Notes under the pieces: generated by a model
Told to the model about the DNA's origin: nothing
The model's input: the letters and a program-made list of their open reading frames with translations, nothing else
The model's database searches: none
Position numbers and translations under genes: made by a program
Shown: positions 33,601 through 45,058 of the stretch, one piece after another
Numbering within the stretch: position 1 is the stretch's first letter
Layout: each line of letters begins with the position of its first letter
Source: an uncultured Acidobacteriota bacterium
GTDB lineage: Bacteria > Acidobacteriota > UBA6911
Direction of reading: 5' to 3'
Assembly (NCBI GenBank): GCA_963827655.1
Contig: CAWHCF010000022.1
Location: 64,001-128,000 of the forward strand
DNA: 64,000 nt

Positions 33601-34136
33601 ATGTCTAGCGGGCGCAGGTAGCGCCAGGTCCCTCCGCGCAGAACCCCCGGGGAGAGCCAGGCCAATTGGAATGGATTCCGCCCGGAGGTAGGCAGATTGA
33701 AGATCTCCTTCTTGCCGATGACCACTCCGCGATTGGCGGTGTCGGTTTCCAGGACCTCGGTCTGTCCCGTGACGGTCACACTCTCCGCGACCTCACCCAA
33801 CTCCAACTGAATATCCAGACGCAGCCTGTCGTTAACGCGCAACTCGACGCTCGAACGGACGTAGCGCTTGAATCCGGCGAGTTCTGCCGAGACCCGATAA
33901 TTCCCGGGCAGGAGGAAAAGAACCAGGTAATTCCCATCGTGAGCGCTCACGGTTTCATGCGAGACATTGCGCTCGACACTGGTTACGGTAAGGGTAACAC
34001 CGGGAATCGCGGCTCCGGAGGGATCCGTCACGGTACCGCCGATCGAGCCCCGGTATTCCTGGGCTGCGACAGGAATCGAGAGAAGAAGCAAAACGAAAAG
34101 CAGGACGCACTTGATGTCGCTTCGGGGGTATTCCAT
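30685..34136 (-). CDS. TonB-dependent receptor with N-terminal carboxypeptidase-regulatory-like domain; apparent frameshift near 32240
   Basis: Signal; GTVTDPSGAAIPG; QEFKVQTNTYDAQYGRSSGG; NLGLRWDY; PRTIHMQLKIVF. Confidence 0.9.
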
Positions 34137-34269
34137 GTTTCCTCCAGAAGGGGGAGGTTTGGGAGGCCGCCTGATTTCTCAGCGAAGGGAATTCTACCCC
34201 GACCGTCGGCGCGACTCAAAGGGTCTTGGTGTTTCCTGGCGTCTTCGTGTCTTCGTGGTTAGCGCGACG

Positions 34270-34962
34270 TCATGCGTCAGGATTCAAGCGATACCCTACC
34301 CATGGTTCGGTCAAGATGTATCGAGGGTGTTGAGGATCAGGTTCGATCTTGCGGCGCAGCTGATTGATGACTACGCGCAAATATTCGGTCTGCTCGGACG
34401 ATTGCCAGCCCCAAACTGATTGCAGCAGCTTTCGATGAGTCACAACCTTGCCCGCGTTGCTCGCCAGGTACTTGAGCACGTCGAATTCTTTGGGCGTCAG
34501 TTTGAATTCCTTGCCCGCGACTACAACCCGCCTCTCAGCGCTGTCGATCAGGACGTCCCCCACCTCCAGCACGGAGGCGCCGGCTTCAGATGCGGGCAGC
34601 CGGCGCAACACAGCCCGAACGCGCGCCAGCAGTTCGTCCATGCCGAAAGGCTTCGTGACATAATCGTCCGCCCCCAGATCCAGGGCCGCGACCTTATCAC
34701 TCTCCGACCCTTTTGCGGAGAGCACAATCACGGGCACGGACGAAAACTCGCGCACACGCCGGCAGACTTCGAGTCCAGACATGCCCGGCATCGCCAGATC
34801 GAGAATAATGATGTCGGGCATCTGCTTGCCGATCTCATCGAGCGCTTCGTCGCCATCAGACGCCGTCCTGACCTCGTATCCACGCGCGGGCAAGCTGGCC
34901 CGCATGACGCGCAGGATTTGTGGTTCATCGTCGACCACAAGGATGACTGGTTTACTGTTCAT
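34270..34962 (-). CDS. kdpE: KDP operon response regulator
   Basis: REC (VDDE, ILDL, KPF) + OmpR wHTH; LRRKIEPDPQHPRYILTEPWVGYR; kdp context. Confidence 0.92.
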   Translation of the reverse strand: MNSKPVILVVDDEPQILRVMRASLPARGYEVRTASDGDEALDEIGKQMPDIIILDLAMPGMSGLEVCRRVREFSSVPVIVLSAKGSESDKVAALDLGADDYVTKPFGMDELLARVRAVLRRLPASEAGASVLEVGDVLIDSAERRVVVAGKEFKLTPKEFDVLKYLASNAGKVVTHRKLLQSVWGWQSSEQTEYLRVVINQLRRKIEPDPQHPRYILTEPWVGYRLNPDA

Positions 34963-35012
34963 TGAACGATTGTCTTGGGAAACAAAAGCGGAGCCCGGCC
35001 GCAGCCGTTCAG

Positions 35013-36530
35013 TTACCCTGCCATTGCGCGCTTATACTCTACCGGAATCGCGATTGTGAAGGTGGCTCCCTGGGCAGGAGCGCTCTCGACCCATATCCGC
35101 CCGCCATGCGCCTCTACTATGCCGCGCGCTATCGCCAGGCCCATGCCCGTCCCTTCGCTGACCCGCCTCGCGGGGTGCCGGCCGCGATAGAATTTGTCAA
35201 AGATGCGGCCCATCTCATCGGACGTGATTCCAGGTCCGTGGTCCGTGACGCTGATAATCAATTCATCCCCTGCTACGCGCGCGCGGACAATTATGGCGCT
35301 GTCAGCCGGTGAATATTTGGCGGCGTTCTCGACCAGATTGGTGAGAGCCTCCGCCACCAGCCGGGAATCGACTTTCACAACCGGCGTGTGCTCGTCTAGG
35401 GCGACGCTCACGCGGTGATTGCGAATTGAGGCCGCGCACCTCTCCAGCACGTTATCGACTATCTCGGAGACTGATTGCCAGTGTTTGGATGGCTTGAGTT
35501 CGCCCGCCTCTATGCGAGCCATCTCCAGCAGATTCCGGACCAGCTTCGTCAGGCGCGAGACCTCCTCGCTGATAATCAGGTGAAACTCACGCAGCGCCTT
35601 CCGGTCCCATTCGGTCTCTTCCTGCAGGAGGCTATCAATCGCCGCTCGAATCGAAGTGAGCGGTGTGCGCAGGTCGTGCGATACCGAGGCGAGCAGCGCC
35701 GACTTCAACTCATCGCTCTGTCGGAGAGCCTCTGTGCGACTGACCTCTTTAAGGAAGCGCGCTCGTTCCAGCGCGAGGGCGACCAGGCCGGCGATGGCTT
35801 CCACAGTCCCGCGTTCGAGCGCTGACGATACTATGACCATTACCCCGATCGACCGGACTCCGACTTTTAACGGCACGTAGGCGACGGTGTGCTTCCGTTC
35901 GAGCGCTCCGGCCTCCGAGTCGGCCAGGCCGATTTCTCCCAGGCGAAAAGCTCTATCCACCCCTGTCTCTGCCGGCGTGAATGAGCCATACACATTGACG
36001 TCGGTGGCGATTGCCAGCCTCCGCCACCCGCCTCGATCGTCGGGCACGAAGACACCACAGTAGTCGAACGCGAAGACCTCGACGACCTGCCTCGCGATCG
36101 ATGACACGGCCGTCTCGGAGTCGGGCGTGGCGATTATTGCCCGGCTGAGCTGGTAAAGATTCCACACCTCCTCTCGCCGTCTTTCTGCCTCGCGGGTTCG
36201 ACTGCGCGCGGCAGCGGACAGCTGACTGGCAATAACCGCGGTCACCAGGAATGCGAACAACGCCACCCAATTCTGGGGATCCTGTATGGTCAGCGTTCCA
36301 ACGGGCGGGAGGAAAAAGAAGTTGAAGCAGAGCATTCCAGTGACGGACGCCAGGATGCCGGCACCGAGTCCGTGAGCGAATGCGGCGAGCAGCACGACGA
36401 GCAAAAGGCTGAGCGCGACGGTCGTATAGTTAACTTCGGTGACGACAAACCTGTACAGAGCCGTGACCGACGCCACGCCCGCGAGAGCGATGATATACCC
36501 TATCCAGTTTTGACGGGCGGAGGTGTGCAT
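35013..36530 (-). CDS. kdpD: KdpD C-terminal half (DUF4118 TM region, GAF, HisKA, HATPase)
   Basis: FNFFFLPPVGTLTI; SVSHDLRTPL; NLVENAAKY; GTGMGL. Confidence 0.88.
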   Translation of the reverse strand: MHTSARQNWIGYIIALAGVASVTALYRFVVTEVNYTTVALSLLLVVLLAAFAHGLGAGILASVTGMLCFNFFFLPPVGTLTIQDPQNWVALFAFLVTAVIASQLSAAARSRTREAERRREEVWNLYQLSRAIIATPDSETAVSSIARQVVEVFAFDYCGVFVPDDRGGWRRLAIATDVNVYGSFTPAETGVDRAFRLGEIGLADSEAGALERKHTVAYVPLKVGVRSIGVMVIVSSALERGTVEAIAGLVALALERARFLKEVSRTEALRQSDELKSALLASVSHDLRTPLTSIRAAIDSLLQEETEWDRKALREFHLIISEEVSRLTKLVRNLLEMARIEAGELKPSKHWQSVSEIVDNVLERCAASIRNHRVSVALDEHTPVVKVDSRLVAEALTNLVENAAKYSPADSAIIVRARVAGDELIISVTDHGPGITSDEMGRIFDKFYRGRHPARRVSEGTGMGLAIARGIVEAHGGRIWVESAPAQGATFTIAIPVEYKRAMAG

Positions 36531-36587
36531 TGGGCGCCTTTACCCGGTGATTTTACCTCGAGCGGGTTGAGATGACAAATGCGCCAA

Positions 36588-36648
36588 GAAAGTCGAAAGT
36601 AAAAAGTGCTGAGTTGAAAGCACTTCAGCACTTTTAACTCAGCACTCG
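36588..36648. repeat. Inverted pair of degenerate heptamer arrays between the kdpD halves
   Basis: aaagtcg-aaagtaa-aaagtgc-tgagttg facing cagcact-tttaact-cagcact. Confidence 0.6.
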
Positions 36649-36656
36649 ACAGGATC

Positions 36657-37828
36657 CTAGGCGTCCCGCCGCTCTCGGGCCTCGACCGTCTCACCGGTAG
36701 GTATGACCTGGACAGCGGCGTCTTTCACCTCTGCCAGAAAGCGGTTGAGAGTGGAGCCGCGCAGGAGAATGTCCCAGCGCGAGCGGGCCGACTGGCCGAA
36801 AATGACGTGGCTGATGCCTTCGCGCCGAGCGAACTCAACCAGCGCATCGGCCGCGCGTTTCGCTTTCAGCTTGACTACGGTCGCTCCGAGCTCTTCAGCT
36901 AACTCGATATTCGCAGCCAGCTGACGGGCGTCATTGGGATTTATCCGGGCGGCATCTTCCTCGGGGGTTTCCACGTAGACGGCATACCATAGGGCGCCCA
37001 ACCGCCCGGCAATACGCGCGCCCGCCCGCAGCAGTTTCTTGGCCGTCTGGTTCGACGAGATGCAGACCATCACTTTTTCAGGTATCAAGGCGGCGCCAAG
37101 CCCCTCGCGTGAACGGTACTGCGCGGCTTTCGAGCCCACCTCCTCGGCAACGGCGCGCAGCGCCAGCTCTCGCAGCGTCGATAGATTTCCCTTGCGAAAA
37201 AAGTGAGTGAGCGCCTGTTCGATTTTTTCCGGCTTGTATATCTTGCCCTGTCTCAACCGGGCGCGCAGTTCCTCGATCGTGACATCAACGTTAACTACTT
37301 CGTCGGCCCGCTTCAAGAAGCTGTCGGGAACGGTCTCGCGCACACGAACGCCGGACGAGCGTATCACGGCGTCGTTGAGCGTCTCGAGATGCTGGATGTT
37401 GACGGCGGTGAATACGCTGATGCCCGCCTCCAGGAGGTCGAGCACGTCTTCGTAGCGTTTCTTGTTTTTCGACCCTGGAACGTTCGAGTGCGCGAGTTCA
37501 TCGACCAGGCAGATTTCGGGCTTCCGTGCAATGATTGCATCCACGTCCATCTCTTCCAGCACGACGTTGCGATATTCGATCTTCCTGCGCGGAATGGTCT
37601 CCAGATCGCGAATCTGCGCTTCCGTTTCCGGCCGGCGTAAGTCTCGAGAAAACCGATCACCACGTCGTAGCCCTGGCGCCGAAGATGGTGCGCGTCTTCG
37701 AGCATCTGATAGGTCTTGCCTACACCAGGGGCTGCTCCAATGTAGATCCGCAGCCGCGCGCGCTGCTCTTGCTCAAGCCGCGCGAGCAGCGCTTCGCCGC
37801 TCGGGCGGACGTCAGCGTCTCGGCTCAT
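36657..37828 (-). CDS. kdpD: KdpD N-terminal half (KdpD domain + Usp domain); apparent frameshift near 37635
   Basis: IGAAPGVGKTYQML; VDELAHSN; VNIQHLE; RETVPD; LRELAL; C-terminal Usp with own stop. Confidence 0.88.
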
Positions 37829-39807
37829 AAACCAATACCGCTAAGACACGAAGACACAAAGAAACACAAGGGTTCGCGCAGAAATAAGTTCGCATTCTGT
37901 GCAGGCCAGGCCGCTGGCGAGGCCACGACGATCGTACCCCTACTCCATGTCTGGTGGCCTGCGGGCCGTCCGGTGGGAAGAGCAAACGTAAAGGTCGTAC
38001 CCTCAGCCCACCCGCGGCTCTCGACCCCGATCTGCCCCCCTTGAGCGTCGACGAGCCGCTTCACCAGCGCCAGTCCCAATCCCGTTCCGCCGCCCGGGCG
38101 CCCCTCGACGTGGACGAACCGTCCGAAAATATTCGGCAGAGATTCTTCAGGGATGCCGTCGCCGGTATCCCTTACGCTGAAGAATACACGATCGGCGCGC
38201 TCGATTGCCGCGAGGGTCACCGTCCCATCGCGCCCCGTGTGACGGATGGCGTTCGACAGCAAGTTATCGAAAATGCGCTTGACGGCCTGGCGATCGGCCT
38301 TGACCCAGGGGAGGTCGGGCCAGACATTGTTCTCCAGTTTGACGCGCTTGCATTCGGCCGCAGACTGGAAGCGTTCGATGGCCACCCGCGCCAGGTCAAT
38401 CGGACGCAAGCGCTCGGTCGAAACCTGCCGCGCGCCCGACTCGATTTCCGCCAGCTCCAGCAGGTCGCCCATGATCTCGTCGAGCTGCTCGGCGTCCTGC
38501 CGCGCGCCCAGGAGCATCTCTCTTTGCTCGTCGGTTAGTTCTCCGGTATACCCTTCCAGGACGCCATGCAAGGCGAGCTGGAGCGAGTGGAGCGGCTCGC
38601 GCAATTTGCCCGAGGCGACCGAAATGAAATCCGTCTTGATTTTGTCAACCTCCCTGAGGGCGGTAATATCTTCCAACACGGTGACGGCACCGAGAAGCCG
38701 TCCGTCCTCGTCACGCATGGGTGTGGTACGCAGGCGGAAGCTGCGCTGCGCGCCCCCCACTTTCAGGGGCACGAGCGCCGCGTCGCCTTCGGCCGCCACG
38801 GGCTGCTGCATCCTGACGGCGTCTTGCACGGCGCGCAAGATGCGCTCTCCCGCGGTAAAGCCCGTGAGCGACAGATCGCCCTCACCCCCATTGCCGCCCC
38901 TGGAGTCGAACAACTGCCTGGCCGCGCGGTTGATCTTGGTGACACGACCGCGCGCGTCCGTCACGATGACAGGTTCGTAGATAGAGTCGATGGCCGCATC
39001 GGATTTTTTCTGTTCTATCCGCAGGCGCCAGTACTCCGACTGGCGCAGCTCGCGCAGCCTCGCCGCCATCCGGTTGAACTCGGCGGCCAGCATCCCTATT
39101 TCATCCTGAGAGGAGATGTGCAGGCGCTGGTCGAAATCTCCCTCGGCTATCCGCTTCGCTTTCTGGGTGAGAGTCGAGATCGGATCGACCACATAGCTGG
39201 TAAAGCGGTAGGCGAACAGGAGCGCCAACACGACCGCCGCCACGCCGGCAATCGCGGTGGAAACCTCCGCGCGCCACGACTGGGCGACGGCGCGCTCGCT
39301 CGCCGCCAGCATCGCCTTCTGGTTGAGTTGCAACAGGTCGTCGAGTCGCTGTTTCAGGTCAAGGAAGGCCGGCTCGAGCCGCGCGAAGTACCTGTTGGAC
39401 TGCTCGGGCGAAGGGAGCGGCTGCGGCGGGTTGATGAATCGTTCGATCTCTTGTTTGTAGGCCGAGTATTTCGCGTCTATCTCGGCGACGATCTGATCCT
39501 CTCCCGGCTCCGTGATGTTGCTCGCGGCAACCTGAAACTCCTGCCGGAATCTATCGATGTTGGCCGCAAACTGGGCGCGGGCTTGATCGGGATGACCGGC
39601 AATGAAAAACATGGCCGCGGAGTCCTGCCGTTCGAGCGCCTCCTTCATGTTCTCGGCAGCGACGATGCTCTTGTAGTTATTGACGAGTATTACATCGACG
39701 GCCCGCCCCAGAACCACCAGGTGGTAGATGGCCCACGTGCTCACGGCCAGGATGATAACAATCAGCAGGCCGTAACTGAGGGCCAGTTTGCGTTTCAGGC
39801 TTCTCAT
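37825..39807 (-). CDS. Membrane sensor kinase-like protein (four-helix sensor, HAMP, PAS, HisKA, HATPase) lacking the canonical phospho-His; true C-terminus uncertain
   Basis: Two TMs; DEIGMLAAEFNRM; H-box reads VASGKLREPL; NLLSNAIRH, DTGDGI, GTGLGL intact. Confidence 0.8.
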   Translation of the reverse strand: MRSLKRKLALSYGLLIVIILAVSTWAIYHLVVLGRAVDVILVNNYKSIVAAENMKEALERQDSAAMFFIAGHPDQARAQFAANIDRFRQEFQVAASNITEPGEDQIVAEIDAKYSAYKQEIERFINPPQPLPSPEQSNRYFARLEPAFLDLKQRLDDLLQLNQKAMLAASERAVAQSWRAEVSTAIAGVAAVVLALLFAYRFTSYVVDPISTLTQKAKRIAEGDFDQRLHISSQDEIGMLAAEFNRMAARLRELRQSEYWRLRIEQKKSDAAIDSIYEPVIVTDARGRVTKINRAARQLFDSRGGNGGEGDLSLTGFTAGERILRAVQDAVRMQQPVAAEGDAALVPLKVGGAQRSFRLRTTPMRDEDGRLLGAVTVLEDITALREVDKIKTDFISVASGKLREPLHSLQLALHGVLEGYTGELTDEQREMLLGARQDAEQLDEIMGDLLELAEIESGARQVSTERLRPIDLARVAIERFQSAAECKRVKLENNVWPDLPWVKADRQAVKRIFDNLLSNAIRHTGRDGTVTLAAIERADRVFFSVRDTGDGIPEESLPNIFGRFVHVEGRPGGGTGLGLALVKRLVDAQGGQIGVESRGWAEGTTFTFALPTGRPAGHQTWSRGTIVVASPAAWPAQNANLFLREPLCFFVSSCLSGIGL

Positions 39808-39890
39808 ATTACCAGGACGTGACTTCGCTGTTTCTTCGGTCTGGTCTTGTGGTTTGTTAACAGCTCAAAGACACGAAAAACACTAGCGCC

Positions 39891-40478
39891 TTAGCGCGCC
39901 GGTTTCGCTCGAACCTCATCCAGAACCAGATTCAATTCGAGGACGTTGACACGCGCCTCGCCCAGCACGCCGAACTGCCGCCCCTCGGTATGCTCCCGCA
40001 CCAGGCGGCGCACTTCGTCCTGGCTCATCTGCCGCGCGCGCGCGACACGCGGAAGCTGAAACTCGGCCGCGGCCGGTGTGATATGAGGGTCGAGTCCCGA
40101 TGCCGATGACGTAACCAGGTCGACCGGGATCGGCAAACCAGGATTTTCCTCCCGGCGCGCCTTGGCAGCTACGCCCACCTGTTCTTCGATGAGCTTCTTG
40201 CTCGTGGGGCCGAGATTGGTCCCGCCGGAGGAAACCCCGTCGTACCCTTGACCCGCCGCCGAGGGACGCGAATGGAAGTAACCTTCGCCCGAAAACGGCT
40301 GGCCGATCAATCGAGATCCTATCACCTTGCCGTCTTTCTCAATGAGGCTGCCCGCCGCTTTATCGGGAAAGATCGCCTGCGCCAGCCCGGTCACGACCAG
40401 CGGATAAACCAGCCCAAACAGCACAGTAAGCACAACAGTCATTGCGACAGCCGGATAAATCTGTTTGATCAAGTTCAT
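39891..40478 (-). CDS. kdpC: K+-transporting ATPase subunit C
   Basis: YPLVVTGLAQ; YFHSRPS; VTSSASGLDPHI; VNVLELN. Confidence 0.95.
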   Translation of the reverse strand: MNLIKQIYPAVAMTVVLTVLFGLVYPLVVTGLAQAIFPDKAAGSLIEKDGKVIGSRLIGQPFSGEGYFHSRPSAAGQGYDGVSSGGTNLGPTSKKLIEEQVGVAAKARREENPGLPIPVDLVTSSASGLDPHITPAAAEFQLPRVARARQMSQDEVRRLVREHTEGRQFGVLGEARVNVLELNLVLDEVRAKPAR

Positions 40479-40526
40479 TGTATCACCAAGATGTTAGCGT
40501 TTCTTCGCGGTTGATTGTGTTTCGCA

Positions 40527-42650
<2,124 letters not shown>

Positions 42651-42706
42651 AACAACTCCTGATGAGAATTCCGATTGCGAAGCTCGAGCGCGAAGACTCC
42701 AATCAA

Positions 42707-44497
42707 TTAAAACGTTGTTCCCGCATTCATCAAGAAGTGCTCTACGATCGGGCCCAGCGACAGCATGGGGAAGAAGGTCAGCGCGCCCACGATCAATATC
42801 ACGCCGATCAAGAGCGTGACGAAAAGGGGCGTGTGAACCGGGAAAGTGCCCGCGGAAGGAGGCACGATCTTCTTGGCCGCAAGACTTCCAGCGATCCCCA
42901 TCATCGGGATGATCATGAGAAATCGCCCGATAAGCATGGCAAGCCCCAGGGTCGTGTTGTACCAATGGGTATTGACGGTAATCCCGGCGAAGGCGGAGCC
43001 GTTGTTGCCGGTGGCGGAGGTGTAAGCGTAGACGATCTCCGAGAGACCGTGCGGGCCGCTATTGTTGACTTTCGACGCGCCGTAATCCACGACGCTCGAC
43101 CAGGCCGAGAAGACCAGGATCGAAAGCGCAAAGACCAGCACGTAAAGCATCGCCAACTTCACGTCCTTCGACTCGATTTTCTTTCCCAGGTATTCGGGCG
43201 TGCGCCCAACCATCAGCCCCGCGATGAAGACCGTCAGCACGACCATCACCAGCATCCCGTACATGCCTGCGCCCACTCCGCCGAAGATCACCTCGCCCAA
43301 CATTATGTTCAACAGCGGCACCATGCCTCCCAGCGGCGTGTACGAGTCATGCATGGAGTTGACCGCGCCGCACGAAGCATCGGTTGTCATCGTGGCGAAC
43401 AGCGCCGAGTTCGCGATGCCGAAGCGCACCTCCTTGCCTTCCATGTTGCCGCCTGACTGCTCGCCTCCCGGCGTATCAACGGCCGCTTGCGTTATCCCGT
43501 GCCGGTCGAACATAGGATTGCCGCGAGCCTCGAAGTAATAGGCGGCGAAAAATCCCGCCAGGAAGAGTACCGCCATCGCAGCAAAGACCGCCCAGCCGTG
43601 CTTTTGATTGCCGGTCATGCGACCCAGCGTGTAAGTGAGCCCGGCCCGATGGCGAAGATGGCGAGCATCTCGAAGAAGTTGGAGAAGGGCGTCGGGTTCT
43701 CAAACGGATGGGCCGAATTAGCGTTGAAGAATCCGCCGCCGTTCGTGCCCAGTTCCTTGATGATCTCCTGAGAGGCGACCGGCCCCTGGGCAATCACCTG
43801 CTCGGTTCGGGTCTCGGTGGTGGTGGTGCCGTCATCCTTCTTGGTCTCGACCTGCTGCTCCTCGACCAGCGTCGCCGAGGTGTACGGGCTCAAGTTCTGG
43901 ACCACGCCCTGGGAGACCAGCACGAGCGCCCCGACTATGCAGAGCGGGAAGCAGCAAGTAAAGCGAGCAGCGCACAAGGTCAACCCAGAAATTACCAACC
44001 GTCCTGGCTTCGCGCCGCGCGATCCCTCGAATGAAGGCGACGGCCAACACTATGCCGGTAGCCGCGGAGACGAAATTGTGAAAAGCGAGCCCGGCCATCT
44101 GCACCAGGTAGCTCATCGTGGACTCGCCGGAGTAAGCCTGCCAGTTGGTGTTAGTGGTGAAGCTGACGGCCGTGTTGAATGCCAGGTCCGGGTTGACACC
44201 CGTGAATGCCTGCGGGTTAAGCGGCAGGTAGAACTGGAGCCGCTGGAGCGCGTAGAGCACAAGCAGCCCCGCCAGGTTGAACATCAGCATGGCCGCGGTG
44301 TACTCGGTCCAGCGCTGCTCATTTCCCGCGTCCACGCGGCATAAGCGATAAATAAACCGCTCTACGGGACCGAGCAACCTGCCGGCAAGCGTCCGCTCTC
44401 CGGAGAAGATCCTGGCCATGAAAACCCCGAGCGGCTTGGTAACGGCGAGCACGGCCAGGAAAAGGATCGCGAGCTGGACTATCCCGTTGGTTGTCAT
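42707..44497 (-). CDS. kdpA: K+-transporting ATPase subunit A; apparent frameshifts near 43645 and 43950
   Basis: TNTNWQAY; LGTNGGGFF; DASCGAVN; GNNGSAFAG across three ORFs. Confidence 0.93.
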
Positions 44498-44530
44498 TTT
44501 CTTTTCCTCGATTAGTGCGTTCGACGTGCT

Positions 44531-44590
44531 TTGGACTGCGGTAGCTTGCCTGGCTTGCTACCGCCTTGGTTCGGCGAAGCTGTTTCGCTG
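44531..44590. repeat. REP-like palindrome (GGA(C/G)TGCG family)
   Basis: ggactgcggtagc...gctaccgc hairpin; related copy in opposite orientation at about 47135-47220. Confidence 0.5.
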
Positions 44591-44629
44591 GTCCCATTCA
44601 ACTGTTTGCAATCCGGGCGTCAGGCACCG

Positions 44630-44719
44630 CTAGAACTTCTCCGGCTTGAGCATCGCGTAGGTAAGGTACACAAGCAGGCCCAGAGCAATGAGTCCGCTGA
44701 TGATGTATTCCAAGCTCAT
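44630..44719 (-). CDS. kdpF: K+-transporting ATPase subunit F (29 aa; missing from the ORF track)
   Basis: Translated by hand: MSLEYIISGLIALGLLVYLTYAMLKPEKF; GGAGG RBS; PEKF terminus. Confidence 0.92.
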   Translation of the reverse strand: MSLEYIISGLIALGLLVYLTYAMLKPEKF

Positions 44720-44805
44720 AACCCCTCCGGAGTTACCACGTAGCTGACAACGGGCCAGAAACGTCAACTTCTTGCCGTTGTCGGTTGCCTGTTATGGCAA
44801 TTGCC

Positions 44806-44889
44806 TCAAACGCGCTCGCAGAAAGTCACGTACCAGAACGCCAGCGCAAAGAAAATCAAAACCAATGCGATAAAGATGATGTCGAGCAT
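44806..44889 (-). CDS. 27-aa single-TM peptide upstream of kdpF
   Basis: Translated by hand: MLDIIFIALVLIFFALAFWYVTFCERV; GGAG upstream. Confidence 0.75.
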   Translation of the reverse strand: MLDIIFIALVLIFFALAFWYVTFCERV

Positions 44890-45058
44890 CTGTGTCAGGC
44901 TCCGCTATGTACCTGCGATTCAGACAGCAGTATGGTTCGAAAGTTCTCTTGCGTCCCGTTAACCAGGGCCGTAGCTTGGTTCGCCATCCCGGCTCCGCCC
45001 TTTTGGTCCTTCCCCTCTTCGTTCTCGGCCAGCGGAGCACTGTCGGAACCGCAGAGTT

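Noticed and set aside
36537-36572. Possible duplicate of the N-kdpD 3' end beside the heptamer element
   Set aside because: Similarity too short and gapped to distinguish from chance
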